DNA of 64,000 nucleotides from Octopus bimaculoides (lineage: Eukaryota), in the NCBI RefSeq assembly GCF_001194135.2, contig NC_068992.1, forward strand, positions 15,987,576-16,051,575. Reading direction: 5' to 3'. The position numbers and the translations under genes were made by a program. Below are positions 14,129 to 26,523 of the stretch, piece after piece (the stretch's first letter is position 1; each line of letters begins with the position of its first letter). The notes beneath the pieces were generated by a model, which was given only the letters and a program-made list of their open reading frames with translations, did no database searches and was not told where the DNA came from.

Positions 14129-14570
14129 GATACATATCTCCTCCTCCCACCCTACCCACACAAAGCTCTCCATCCCCTACTCCTAATTTCCCTGTCTGCA
14201 CGGGCTCTGCAATGACAACCATGAGTTTGAGACTCAGTCTCAACTTATGGTTCGCTACTTTATCTTTAGTACATATCTCCTCACCACTATCAACATAGCC
14301 CTTGCTCTCTCTCTCTCTCCGCACTTGCCTCGTTCGTCTCCCGCTCCCACTCACCTACCACCCTTACAACCTGCCCCTCCAACCTACCATTCTCCGAACC
14401 ATCCTGCGACTCCAGTTCGACCGCTTCACCTTGTACATTTTCCCAACCTACCCCCTCTTCAAATGAGCTCACAACCTACGTGACCTCCTGGTCCACAGTT
14501 TCTTCCCTAACCCACCTCCCAGCCTGGCTCGTTCCTCTGCTGCTGCCCACACGGCCGCATTGCGCGTAGA
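14129..14570 (+). mobile_element. Penelope-like element fragment (RT thumb and RT-endonuclease linker), pseudogenised
   Basis: translation across stops/frameshifts: HISSSHPTHTKLSIPYS*F..L.GLCNDNHEFETQ...PLTYHPYNLPLQPTILR...IFP.YPL...HNLRDLLVHS...PGSFLC matches the PLE motifs SSxHP..K.SIPYSQ, LTYHP and NLRDxLVxS. Confidence 0.85.
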
Positions 14571-15194
14571 CTCGAAATATCCACTAGACCAGCCCTGGCG
14601 CCCTTATACAATATATAATAGAGCACACGGGTCTTAATATTCCGTGTATCGTTCAATTTTTCTAGAACGGTATTGTGCGATTTGAAGATGTGTTTGTTGT
14701 CTAGAGCTGTTCAAACGTGTCGTGATGTAGTTTGTTGAGCGGCCATGGTTGGAGAGAGAATCAATAGAATTTGAACCATTTATAAATTGATGAAGTGAGT
14801 TTAGTTACCGTAGCCTGGAATATATTTGTTATTGAAAAGTAATATTTAATTTTATTGACTTTCAACTCAAGCTTGTTCCGTCCTTGACTTCTCGATGAAA
14901 TGATTACATATACAAATTAAACGAAGGTATAAACAGCCAAAAACAAAAAGAGTTAATCATGATCAAAATTAGTTCCATTCAAGTGATTATGAGCAAAAAT
15001 AGAACTGTGATGAACTTTAAATAAATATTTACTCTTAAAAAAAATTGTATCTCCAACTAGGTGTGACTTCTGTTTACTTTAGCCATTAAGTGTGAGAGTC
15101 GTTTTAGAACCTTTGACATTCTACTATCATGAAAAGTTAATTGATTGTTGTAACAAAAAATTGTTGATTCAATATCGAAACACATAATAGCGAC

Positions 15195-15445
15195 TAATGG
15201 CTGTGTGACAAAAAAAAAAAAAAAAGAAGCGCTCTTTGCAATAGTATAGTTGCGGATTCTATCCCACTGCGTAGCCTCTTGGAAAAGTGTCTCCTACAAT
15301 AGTACTAGGCCTTGCGAGTGGATTTTACAAAGACCGATGAAATATGTATCAAGCTTTAAAAATTGCTGGGGGTTGATTCGTTGGACAAAAAATTTTCAAT
15401 GCGGTGCCCTAGCATGGCTACAGTCTCATGTCTGAAACAAATAAG
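15195..15445 (+). mobile_element. SINE family A, internally deleted
   Basis: head (ATCCCACTGCGTAGC...GAGTGGATTT) joined to tail (GCGGTGCCCTAGCATGGCTACAGTCTCATGTCTGAAAC). Confidence 0.7.
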
Positions 15446-15501
15446 ATATAATATATAAACATACATGAGTGCGCATGCGTGCGCATGCGTGCGCACACAC
15501 A

Positions 15502-15576
15502 GAGTTTCCGGCGCGATGCTGATCTTCAGCTATTCAAATTCAAAATGGTTGAAGATTAGCATCACGCTTGAAACTC
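15502..15576 (+). other. 75-nt imperfect hairpin (33-bp stem, 9-nt loop), pre-miRNA-like or a mini-foldback
   Basis: GAGTTTCCGGCGCGATGCTGATCTTCAGCTATT / CAAATTCAA / AATGGTTGAAGATTAGCATCACGCTTGAAACTC: 27 Watson-Crick pairs, 4 G-U pairs and 2 mismatches on the + strand. Confidence 0.8.
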
Positions 15577-15733
15577 GGAGAACAAACGAATTTGAATCAA
15601 ACTGTTCTGATCCATATATGTAACTCCCCAAAACGTGTTGAGTCCCCTTCTTTTGTTTATTCACTGACTCGTATATATGTGTGTATGTTTGTGTGCATGT
15701 GTATATATGTATATACATATGTGTGTGTGCATG

Positions 15734-15809
<76 letters not shown>

Positions 15810-16644
15810 TATGTATGCGTGTGTATGCATTTATGTATGTATGTATGTATGTATGATAGAAGGAGGTCGTACAGGATTCGAGAAAATAAAACGGGGTAAT
15901 CACAGCTAGAAAGATATCTCACTTATGAGTATGATTAGTCACGACTATCGACTTGGAGAACCTATCGTTAATCAGGTCTCTTCGCAGACATGTACTCTGC
16001 ATCTCCAGTTCGGTAGCACAGCAAGATTCTTGTATTATAGTTTTGTGTTGACCAAATTTTGTCAAGGGAATTTGGTAGACAGAATGGATTGTGGTAGTCT
16101 GTATGTGCGTGTGTGTGCTGTGTGCAAGTGTATTGTTTAGCTATATGTACCAGAGAGAAACACAAAAAAACGTCGAAAGAACCACTAATGTTTTGTTTCG
16201 AACAAAGTAGGTCCCTTGCAGCGATTACGTTGCACAAAAATACAGGGAACACCTTGGCTCGTCGTCAAATCGGTAATAAAGCAGTGATTGGTTCCGTAGG
16301 TCTCCGTTGTCCCCTATGATACCTGTACCTACCAGTGCTATTGTCCCTCGATTGTATCGTGAAATATAAACAATTTGAGTAAGATATTACTGCAGTATCA
16401 CTTGGAAGGATGATCAAAAAAATAATGTTTATATAATTTTGAGCATTCTTATATTCTTTTCTTCATGATATCAGTATAACTTCGTTCAGAATTATCTTTA
16501 AGTGCATTACGTCACTGCCTCCATTTGATCTGATAATTGTTTACGTGGAAGCAACAATCAGTAATATATTACTAATTTATCTGAATGAAGAATCGGGAAG
16601 TCAGTATTAAAAAGAATACGAATAAACACACACACTCATTCTCT

Positions 16645-16735
16645 CACTCACTCACTTACTCACTCACTCACTCACTCACTCACTCACTCACTCACTCACT
16701 CACTCACTCACACATTACTCATCCACTCACTCACT
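16645..16735. repeat. (CACT)n microsatellite
   Basis: tetranucleotide array. Confidence 0.93.
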
Positions 16736-16817
16736 CACAGAGACGTACATGCAACATATATACACATGAATACTCACAAACATACACATATACATCTTTC
16801 TATCCATATATGAATGA

Positions 16818-16849
<32 letters not shown>

Positions 16850-17000
16850 NNNNNNNNNNNNNNNNNNNNNNNNNNNNNNNNNNNNNNNNNNNNNNNNNNN
16901 NNNNNNNNNNNNNNNNNNNNNNNNNNNNNNNNNNNNNNNNNNNNNNNNNNNNNNNNNNNNNNNNNNNNNNNNNNNNNNNNNNNNNNNNNNNNNNNNNNNN

Positions 17001-17073
<73 letters not shown>

Positions 17074-17489
17074 CTGTAAATATTCATATGTGTGTCTATG
17101 TGCATGTGTGTGTGTATGTGTGTGAGCATGTCTATGTGTGTCGCCCGCAGTCATGAGTCTTGGAGAACTGGAAGCTATTAACAACAAATTAACAACTGTA
17201 ATCAAACTAATCAATCGAACCAATTTGAAGAATGTCATTAAAGTCTTTAGGGAATACAAATTTGATGCCATTTCTTTCTAAATGTATTAAAATTGACATC
17301 TAAAACTTGACGTACATCGACTAATTAAAGACGAATATGTTACGCTGAGTCGGTAGGATATGTGATATTGAAAGGATATATATGTACACGCACACACACA
17401 CACACATATATATATATACGTATACATGCATGCATACATTATAACATTATATATATATATATATATGTGCATATATATCTGTGTGTGTA

Positions 17490-17690
17490 TTTGTGTCTGT
17501 GTTTGTCCTCCAATTACGGCTTGGCATCCAGTGTTGGTGTATATATATCCGCGTAACTTAGCGGCAAACGTAACAAATAGAATAAGTACTAGACTTTAAA
17601 AAAAAGTACTCGGCTCAATTTGTTCGGTGCTCCAGCCTTGCCGGATTCACAGTGACTGAAAGAAGCAAAATAGTAAAAGAATAAAAGAAT
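17490..17690 (+). mobile_element. SINE family A, 3' half
   Basis: GTTTGTCCTCC...CGTAACTTAGCGG...AATAAGTACTAG...(TAAAAGAA)n. Confidence 0.72.
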
Positions 17691-17945
17691 ATAAAATATA
17701 TAGCTTAGGTAAAACTTAGCGTTGTTTTTTACTGGTAGTTTAGCAACTTAAGTTGATCCAGAAAATGAGTATCCGATTTTATTTTCAGCTATTTCAGTTC
17801 GTAAGACATGTCTTCGCAGTAACATGGTTTCTATTCATATCTTACTCCGCTGCATCTTGGGCAAAGAACTATGTAATCTATGCTCATGTCGACCGACGTT
17901 CGGTAAATGAAAAATAGTACTACGAGCCTGTGCGAATGTCTATAG

Positions 17946-17946
<1 letters not shown>

Positions 17947-18024
<78 letters not shown>
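17947..18024. repeat. (CA)n microsatellite
   Basis: perfect dinucleotide array. Confidence 0.97.
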
Positions 18025-18030
<6 letters not shown>

Positions 18031-19200
18031 CCCCGCACACACATACACACACACATACACATTCACACAGAGGCACACACGCACAGACACACAAAGGCAC
18101 ACACAATATTTTGTTTTGGGAAGCTATTGATGCGTTTCATTATAATCCATTCCATACACACCAAGGCAGCCAATTTGTTGGAAACTGTAATGGTGGATTG
18201 TGAAACTACATTGAAAATGTTACGATAAAGTCTCTAAAAGTTTTTCTATTTAAATAAGTTTATATAAGTGTTTAAGTAAACCTTAGTTAAGTTGCAAATC
18301 AATAGTTACTAATTTCAATAACACCTTTGTTCATTCCAGAATGTGACAGAGCACTCAAAAAATAGGAAACAGAGCAATAATTCTCTTTATGTGCGTGAAA
18401 AAGTGAAGTTACGAAGCATTTGCATTTACTAAAGAGCATTAAAGAGAGGAACATGTTTAAGAAAACTGTCTGTTAATTTATATAAAAGATTGTGAATTGT
18501 AAACGACTTTTTTAAAGGAATCGTAACGTGTTGTATATTTTCTATGCGTGCTAAAACAGTAAAAACCGAACAAACAAAGAATTCAAACACAGAGATGTGG
18601 ACGGCGTAGGGTAGATACATTATTGGCATATCTATTCCAATAATGTAGCGTGATAAAAAAAAAAAAAACAACTATTTGATAGACCTAGTCTTCTATTATA
18701 ATCCTATTCACATCAAGGAGGTTTCCATTGTTATTTTAAAATAATTACTTCAAGAGGGATTATAAAGTAATTTACTTCAGAAAAATAAGTTATAGAGATA
18801 GGTGAAAGAGTATTACATAAAACAAAATATAACGACGAACGAAAACAGAAAAAAAAAGAAAAAAAAAGTAATTAAAAATTTATGCATGTAATGGGAAAAC
18901 AAAAATATATTTTTTCAAAATAATTACACAGTAAACAAGAGAAGCTAACACACACACACACACACACCTATACATATTTAAAAAACGATGGCATGCCATA
19001 TATAATTTACGTTTATATGCATTTGGTTAACGTTTTACTATAATTTGTTTTATTTTTGCGAACGATTTATTTAATTTTTTCATTTATTATAGTTTTTATT
19101 TCCTTTTATTTTTTAAAGTTTATGTTTTCAAGTATAGACTGTAATTTTCTGCTGTGGATTATGCATAGTAAATAACAATGAATAGCACTGCAATTATCGT

Positions 19201-19254
<54 letters not shown>

Positions 19255-20099
19255 CTCTCTCTCTGTCTGTCTCTATGTCAGTATACCAGTGTGTGTTAAG
19301 TGTGAAGGTAAATGATGTTTATATAGCTTAAAATTCTTTGACATAAACGGCGACTGTGGTATAGAAAATATTCAACATAATGTTTCATTGGTTGGGAAAA
19401 GTACAGGAACTGCCCAAATGTCTAGGCAAAAAAAAAAAAAAAAATCTATCAGGAACTCTCTTGGAGGTTCTTGTTGCCCTCTGCCGTCAAACCTTGATAT
19501 TAGCTATAAAAAAAAAAGGAGGATGCAGTTTTGCTTGCCTCACTTCCGGTTATCGTCTGATAGTCTGAGATAGTCTGTACTTTCACCGCTTGCCGTTATA
19601 CATGTTGTATGCTCTGTCTGAAGATGTTCGTTTTCATAACTCTGCGAAGACGACACTGAAGTAAATTTTATTCCTACGATTGCGCCTTTATTCCGGGTCT
19701 ACTAATCTGACGGGTTTTCTCAATGGTAGGTCTACTGTATAAAGGACCGAGCTACACTCTCAATATCCACACTCACTCATGCAATCAAGTTATCGTGGGT
19801 AATCACATCACGCGTGAAGTAATCATGTGTCGAAAATGTGAAAAGGCAGAAAGCCAAATTTTAAGTTCAGTACCAGAATTTCAGTTCCTTGGAATCGTAT
19901 TTCCTTGTTTGCTTTCTTAACATGGGCAGAATCATCAGGAATGCATTAGGGACCTGAAGAGAACAAATAACACGGAACATTAGGCTGCAGGGAGCAAGGC
20001 TGCTACTCAAGCAAGACTCTATGTGTTCCAGCAAACATAAGTTAAAATAATAATAATGATAATAAAAATACCAACAACAATATTAATAATAATAATTCT

Positions 20100-20168
20100 C
20101 GTCATAATCATCATCATCATCATTATCGTCGTCATCATCATCGTCGTCGTCATCGTCATCGTCGTCAA

Positions 20169-20244
<76 letters not shown>

Positions 20245-20288
20245 GTCGTCATCATCATCACCATCATCACCATCATCATCACCACCAT
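20100..20288. repeat. (ATC)n/(GTC)n compound microsatellite
   Basis: trinucleotide array. Confidence 0.95.
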
Positions 20289-20299
20289 CGTTGTTATTA

Positions 20300-20418
20300 T
20301 GGCGGTGAAAAGATGGAATCGAGAAGATGCTTAAAACATTTCTTCCGGGTTTCTACGCTCTGAGCGTTATTACCTCTAAATTCAACGTTTACCTTCCGTC
20401 CATTGGGGGTCGATAACA
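20300..20418 (+). mobile_element. SINE family B, degenerate
   Basis: GGCGGTGA...ATGCTTAAAACATTTC...CATTGGGGGTCGATAA; abuts the LINE fragment that starts at 20419. Confidence 0.55.
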
Positions 20419-20718
20419 TCTTTTTTCTGTTGTTATTCCATAGTGTTGGCATAGCTTCCAGTGTATATAGGTCCCAGCTCTGTCGTGTCTATGAATATAT
20501 TCCTTTTTAGCCAGGACTGGGCAGCCAGAAATAATATGGTTTATTGTTTCTTGTCCATCGCCACATATTCTGCAGTTACTTGTTATGTTTCTTTTCATTA
20601 TACGTTTTTGGTAATTTCTGGTGGGGAGGCTTTGGTCTTTTGCAGCAATTAAAAATCCTTCAGTCTCAGCTTTGGGTCCTGAGCTTCTCAACCATTGTTG
20701 GGATTTTTCTCTGTCTAA
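20419..20718 (-). mobile_element. non-LTR retrotransposon with restriction-like endonuclease (R4/Dong-like), zinc-knuckle region fragment
   Basis: DREKSQQWLRSSGPKAETEGFLIAAKDQSLPTRNYQKRIMK...CRICGDGQETINHIISGCPVLAKKEYIHRHD...IHWKLC carries the CCHC knuckle and RHD motif of RLE LINEs. Confidence 0.93.
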
Positions 20719-20730
20719 TTATTATTATTA

Positions 20731-20767
<37 letters not shown>

Positions 20768-20799
20768 CAACGCCATCATCATTTGTATTATTATTATTA

Positions 20800-20997
20800 A
20801 CGCGGTGAGCTGGCAAAATTGTTAGCTCAGACAAAAATGCTAAGCGGCATTTCGTCCGTCTTTACGTTCTGAGTTCAAATCCCGCCAACGTCGAATATGC
20901 ATTTCATCCTTTCGGGATCGATAAAATAAGTACCAGTCATGTAATTGACTTACTCCATCTCTCCAAACCTGCAAACTTGGTGCCAAAATTTGAAGAC
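20800..20997 (+). mobile_element. SINE family B
   Basis: GCGGTGAGCTGGCAAAATTGTTAG...GAGTTCAAATCCCGCC...GTGCCAAAATTTGAA. Confidence 0.85.
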
Positions 20998-21763
20998 ACT
21001 ACTACTACTACTACTACTACTACTATAAATGAGTGAACTGTTAAGATTTTCAGCGTAAAATGACACTAACAAAGAGCGGATTTAAAAGTTTCCATTTGAA
21101 CAGTCATTATTCAGATGGAAATCCCATTCTTCGACAATCTAATGACTTTTCTGGCGTCTTTCTCATTTCTTTAAGCAGATTTTGTGTCGCGTTTTGAAGA
21201 TTGTAACAAGAAGGAAACGATAAGAAATTTAATTACTAAAAACTTTTTATGTTTAAAATCAATAAGAAGAGATTGTCTCGATTTTGATTTTATTGTTTTA
21301 AGGAAGAAATCATGAAAATTATTGACAAGGAAAAAAACGAGATTCATAAAATGCAAAATCAAAAAAGAATGTGCAATAAATTGTTTGAAAATTGGATATA
21401 ATTTTTAAAAATCTTAGAAACTTTATGGTTTTCTGTATGAATATATATGTGAACGTATTTGAAAAAAGAGGGTCTAACGATGTACATACATACATACATA
21501 CAGACGTAAAATGCACATGTACAAACCCGTGTATGTATCTAAGAGAGTGTGCCAGTTTCTGGGCATGTGCATAAATTCTTAAAATTGGTAAAGAGGAAGT
21601 GTTTGTCTCCGACCTCCATTTGAATAAGTATACCTCTCAATTCATCTCCCTTTCCCTCTATATTGATACTTTTTACGCACGTATGAAAGTGTTCATACAC
21701 ACACAATCACACGTACACACGTACACATATATATATATATATGGGTATATATATATAGATATG

Positions 21764-21831
<68 letters not shown>

Positions 21832-22039
21832 NNNNNNNNNNACACACACACTCACACACACACACATACACACATATATATATATAAAATTATAATTTAG
21901 GGTATCTAAGAGATATCACCACGCTGGGAGTAGCAGTCAAAGCTTGACTCTAATCATCACAATAAATGTTCATATAGCACCAGGAGACCTTTAATTATAA
22001 TTTTAAATAATTATTCCCTTTCATGCTTTTTATTCCCAT

Positions 22040-22448
22040 GCTGGCCACTTGATAAAATCGTCCGGCTTTACGTTCTGAGTACAAATTCTGCCGAGGTCGA
22101 CATTACCTTTCATGATTTCGGGGTCAATAAATTAAGTACCAGTTACGTACTGAGGTCCCGATAAGGGACTCCCCTCTCTGCCAAAATTGATTCCTTGTGG
22201 TAAAAATCGAAACCTTTATTGTTATTATCATCATTAAAGTGACGAGTTGTCAGAATTGTTAGCGCACCGTGTGAAATGCTTAGCGGTATTTCGTCTGCCA
22301 CTACGATCTGATTTCAAATTCCGCCGAGATCGACTTTACCTTTTATCCTTTCGGGTTCGATAAAATAAGTACCAGTTACGTGCTAGGGTCGATGTAATCG
22401 ACTTATCCTTGTCTCCCTAAATTTCAGGACTTGTACCTATCCTGCAAA
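22040..22448 (+). mobile_element. two tandem SINE family B copies (~22040-22215 and ~22232-22448)
   Basis: two consecutive matches to the family B body (AATTCTGCCGAGGTCGAC / AATTCCGCCGAGATCGAC...AAGTACCAGTTACG). Confidence 0.82.
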
Positions 22449-23109
22449 GGATTTTTATTATTATTATCATTTGAGAGAACAAGAATCTCTTAGATAAAAA
22501 ACGATTGGCAGTAATGAAAAATATAAACATTGAAATCGTTGAAAGTATGTTAAATACTGGATAATGGTGGAAGCAAGCATAAGCTATACAATGAATAAAG
22601 AGGTCCTATTAGAAATTTAAAGTGAAAATAAACTTGTATACGCCATATAAATCAGAGTAAATATTAACAATTACTATAAGAGCGAATGATGCAAAGAGCA
22701 TGCACAGAATACGTAAAGATATAAAACATAAATAGATGAGTTTACTAGAAGGGTGGGGGTCATAATTGTGTAAGTGAAAAGTGGAGTAGATGCAAAAATG
22801 AGCGAAAGACGAAAACAAGTAAAAACGACTATTGTACGGATATAAACATTGATAGGCAGCGATTAGAAAGGGTACAATAGATACAGAAATTAGACAGATG
22901 CAGGTTAAAATAATTGCATGCAACGGGTAGCTGTAACAGAAGAGATGCAATGATTAGAAAGCGTAAAACTGGCAGAGAAATTGTGAAATTTGGTAACTAA
23001 AGAATTAGATTCATAAAAAAGGGTTAAGCTCCCAACTAAAAGAGAGGAAATGGCGACTGAGATAATACGAACAAAATACAACACTGAAACATGCGATGAT
23101 GTCGAAATA

Positions 23110-23177
<68 letters not shown>

Positions 23178-23328
23178 NNNNNNNNNNNNNNNNNNNNNNN
23201 NNNNNNNNNNNNNNNNNNNNNNNNNNNNNNNNNNNNNNNNNNNNNNNNNNNNNNNNNNNNNNNNNNNNNNNNNNNNNNNNNNNNNNNNNNNNNNNNNNNN
23301 NNNNNNNNNNNNNNNNNNNNNNNNNNNN

Positions 23329-23372
<44 letters not shown>

Positions 23373-24499
23373 TGCATATGTATGTCGGTATATATGTATA
23401 GAGACCTGAAATCTAATTAACAGGAGAATTACAAAAATAAACAAAAAAACCAAAATAAAAGCATTAAACCTATTCTTGTCGGGTTCCCAACAAGTATGTC
23501 ATCCATGTTTCTTGCAATGAACATAGCAACAAGGCTGAATCTTTCCAAAGTACATTATCAGGGAAGTAGAGCGATTAATCAACATAGCGGATTGCCTCCA
23601 TATTGGATTTTGATGACGTCAGGGTTAAAGATACAGACTTACTACTGTCTTTACTCCTTAAGATGCGAATTTTCCATGTATCAAGAACCTGATAAGATAG
23701 TGCTTGTAAATGTGAACTGATATATGTAAAGCTTTTTTCTCCCTGCAGTATTAATTAAACAAGAAGTGCTGATATTTTTTTTTAATTATTAATACTGCGT
23801 GATAAGCCTAAGAATATTTTGTTCACACATAGTATATCGTACCATCAACAATGTTTGTCTTACTAGGTCATAAACGTGACGAAATCTTTTTAGTTATCTA
23901 AAGTGCATACTTGTGTATATGTCTAAACATACATTCATGCATACATACATCCATATACATATGGATCACTACTCACTCGACTAGTTACTATCTCTCTATC
24001 CTGTATTTTATTATTACTATTTCTCTTCTTCTCCCCATCCCTCATCTTCTCCGACATCTTCTTCTTCCTTTCCACCACCTCCTCCCTTATTTTATTACTA
24101 CTGCAATACAGATCACTACGACCATCAACAGGTCAATGTAAGGACACTCAACCATTTAACACGCTGCTACTATCATAGCACTCCTTCTTCGAACCCAAGA
24201 GAGTTAACGAGTGAAACAGAGACAGGTAGAAACAAGAAAAATGCCCCTGTTATTTGAATACTATACAAATATGTCTTTAAAAATACTTTTCTTTTAAATT
24301 TACCAAAATTTTATTTTTCAATAATTTTTCAAAAATTTATTATTCATATTTACTGTTGAAAAGATTTCAAGGATCGAAACCATTTCAGAGTCACTGGCTG
24401 AATCGGAATCATCAGCATATTAGAGTTCCGTAATGATTGAAGTAAAACCCTTTGTCTTGAATTTCAGTCTATACAGATTAATTATATTCTCTGTTGTTC

Positions 24500-24569
24500 G
24501 ACTTATTCTTTGTAAGCCTAGTACTTATTCTATCGGCTCTTTCGCCGAACCGCTAAGTTACGGGGACAT

Positions 24570-24575
<6 letters not shown>
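24500..24575 (-). mobile_element. SINE family A, partial 3' half
   Basis: CTTATTCTTTGTAAGCCTAGTACTTATTCTATCGG...CCGAACCGCTAAGTTACGGGGAC. Confidence 0.75.
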
Positions 24576-24660
<85 letters not shown>

Positions 24661-25169
24661 CATATGTATATATGCGTATGTGTATGTGTTTGTGTGTGCG
24701 TTTATGTGTGCGTGATCGGGCGCGCGCGTGTGTGTTATGCGTGTGTTGATCTGAACATATATATATAGGCGTTGAAGCATGGAAATCATTCAATGTGACT
24801 GCATATCTTGACTTAAGTATATATTTATACACGTATGTTTATTCTCTCAACAACTGTATCTATGATTTCTGCAGGCTAAACATCTGGCTCGCTTGAAACA
24901 GACTAATTGATAGTTTGTAATTGCAATTTCTTAATTAGTAAGTTCTTCCCAATTATGCAAACCCTCACTTTCAGGACTGTTACTAAGGCATTTAGTTAAA
25001 TTCCTAAACTCTGTAATAATTACAGATATAAATCATAACAAAAGACCAGGTGGACTATTCACAAAAGACCTTTACTTTGATAAAGTGGTTATTTTTATGC
25101 ATTTGACTTTTTTTATGTATTTGACTTAACTTTAACATGTTAACAACTGTTGAGCGACTGACTTCGTCA

Positions 25170-25790
25170 TTCTGTGTTTAGGTTTAGTTTCTGCAAAGGG
25201 ATTTGCGGGACGTGATCAAATGTTGTCATGGAAAAGAATTGTCTCTTTTTCCATTGGCTAATGATGGATGTAAACATTGCATTTATAAGCATACTTTGGC
25301 GATTACTTCACACAAATTTCCGATTATTTCGCTAGCATTCAAGAAATATTTATTGATGATTTCACTTACTGGCAACCAAACATTTACCGACATTTTTAGA
25401 TGCAACTGCGGTTTGATAAAGTGTTCAGGTACTTCACCCTAGTACACCCACGGCGTAGATTGTCGTTAACTGATCTGAAGAATCCATTTTCATTCCTTGT
25501 CACAACGCGATCAAGGGAGATATTGCATCATTGCACAAGCGAACCGCAGAACAAACTTCCTAATGTCATTTTTTTAAAAAACAATTATTCTTTTTCTGAT
25601 TAAGTGATTTCCATGTTTGGAGATACTTCAAATTTCCAAGGTGGTGCGAACGAAGAACAACTATTAAAATTGTTTATTTCTTCTGTAAGCTCGTGAATGA
25701 TTTTGTATGCATCTGTTTTAATTCACTTGATAAACTATACACTCGTTGACAGTTCCTTCGCAAAATACTTGACTGCAATAGAAAGCAGTG
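25170..25790 (-). pseudogene. decayed mariner transposase (DD34D region)
   Basis: fragments across frameshifts: LDRVVTRNE/KWILQ...W..GEVPEHFIKPQLH.KMSVNVW...FLN.SE...MQCLHPSLAN/ILFHDN...H...LQKLN align to the mariner motifs FLDRIVTCDEKW, KPKLHQKKVMVTVWW and ILLHDNARPH. Confidence 0.82.
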
Positions 25791-26088
25791 AAGTCAATTT
25801 TCATTTCACTTTGACCTTATTTAATAAAACGTCTTGTTCGAATTGTTTTATTACACATTTTACTTCATAGTTTAAAAATAAATACAAATAATCAAATGAA
25901 AGCAAAGCTATTAGCATAAATAAATAGAGATCGGAGATTCAGAATACTAAATTACATGAAGATAATTAATTAAAAATTTGTTTCCAATCAAGCATCCACG
26001 AGTAAAATACTAGAAATTGCAATTTAGTTTTGAAATAGCGTCATGTGTATATCTGTATCGGTGCATGTATGTACGTATGCATCCATGC

Positions 26089-26129
<41 letters not shown>

Positions 26130-26189
26130 CATATATATATATACATGCATATTTGCATACATACATACATCTAATAACTACCAAGCGTT

Positions 26190-26489
26190 GTTGTACATTC
26201 ATTGACCAAGTTTGCATACATAAGGCTGATAACATCATAAGATTAGGAAAGCAGCTCCTTGAGCAACACTCTTTGTCTCATATCCTAGAATACATGCAAC
26301 GTATCATCAGAAGAAAGGATGAGCCTATATGAACAGAAGACCATACATGGACATGTCTGTAGAAAGCTCCGTGATGATAGTAACATAGATCATCAAACCA
26401 GTCTATCATGGACCCATAGCCGGATTACTTCCTACCACTTTGATGGGTATGCGTTTGCAATCTAGGGACAGGAAATATCAACCAAGTAC

Positions 26490-26492
<3 letters not shown>
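26190..26492 (+). mobile_element. RLE-type non-LTR retrotransposon fragment (second, divergent family)
   Basis: YEQKTIHGHVCRKL...IDHQTSLSW...TSYHFDGYAFAI*GQEISTKYL corresponds to the W.xK.MHG...FEGYxxAIQEQEIxTKYL region preceding the zinc knuckle. Confidence 0.7.
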
Positions 26493-26523
<31 letters not shown>

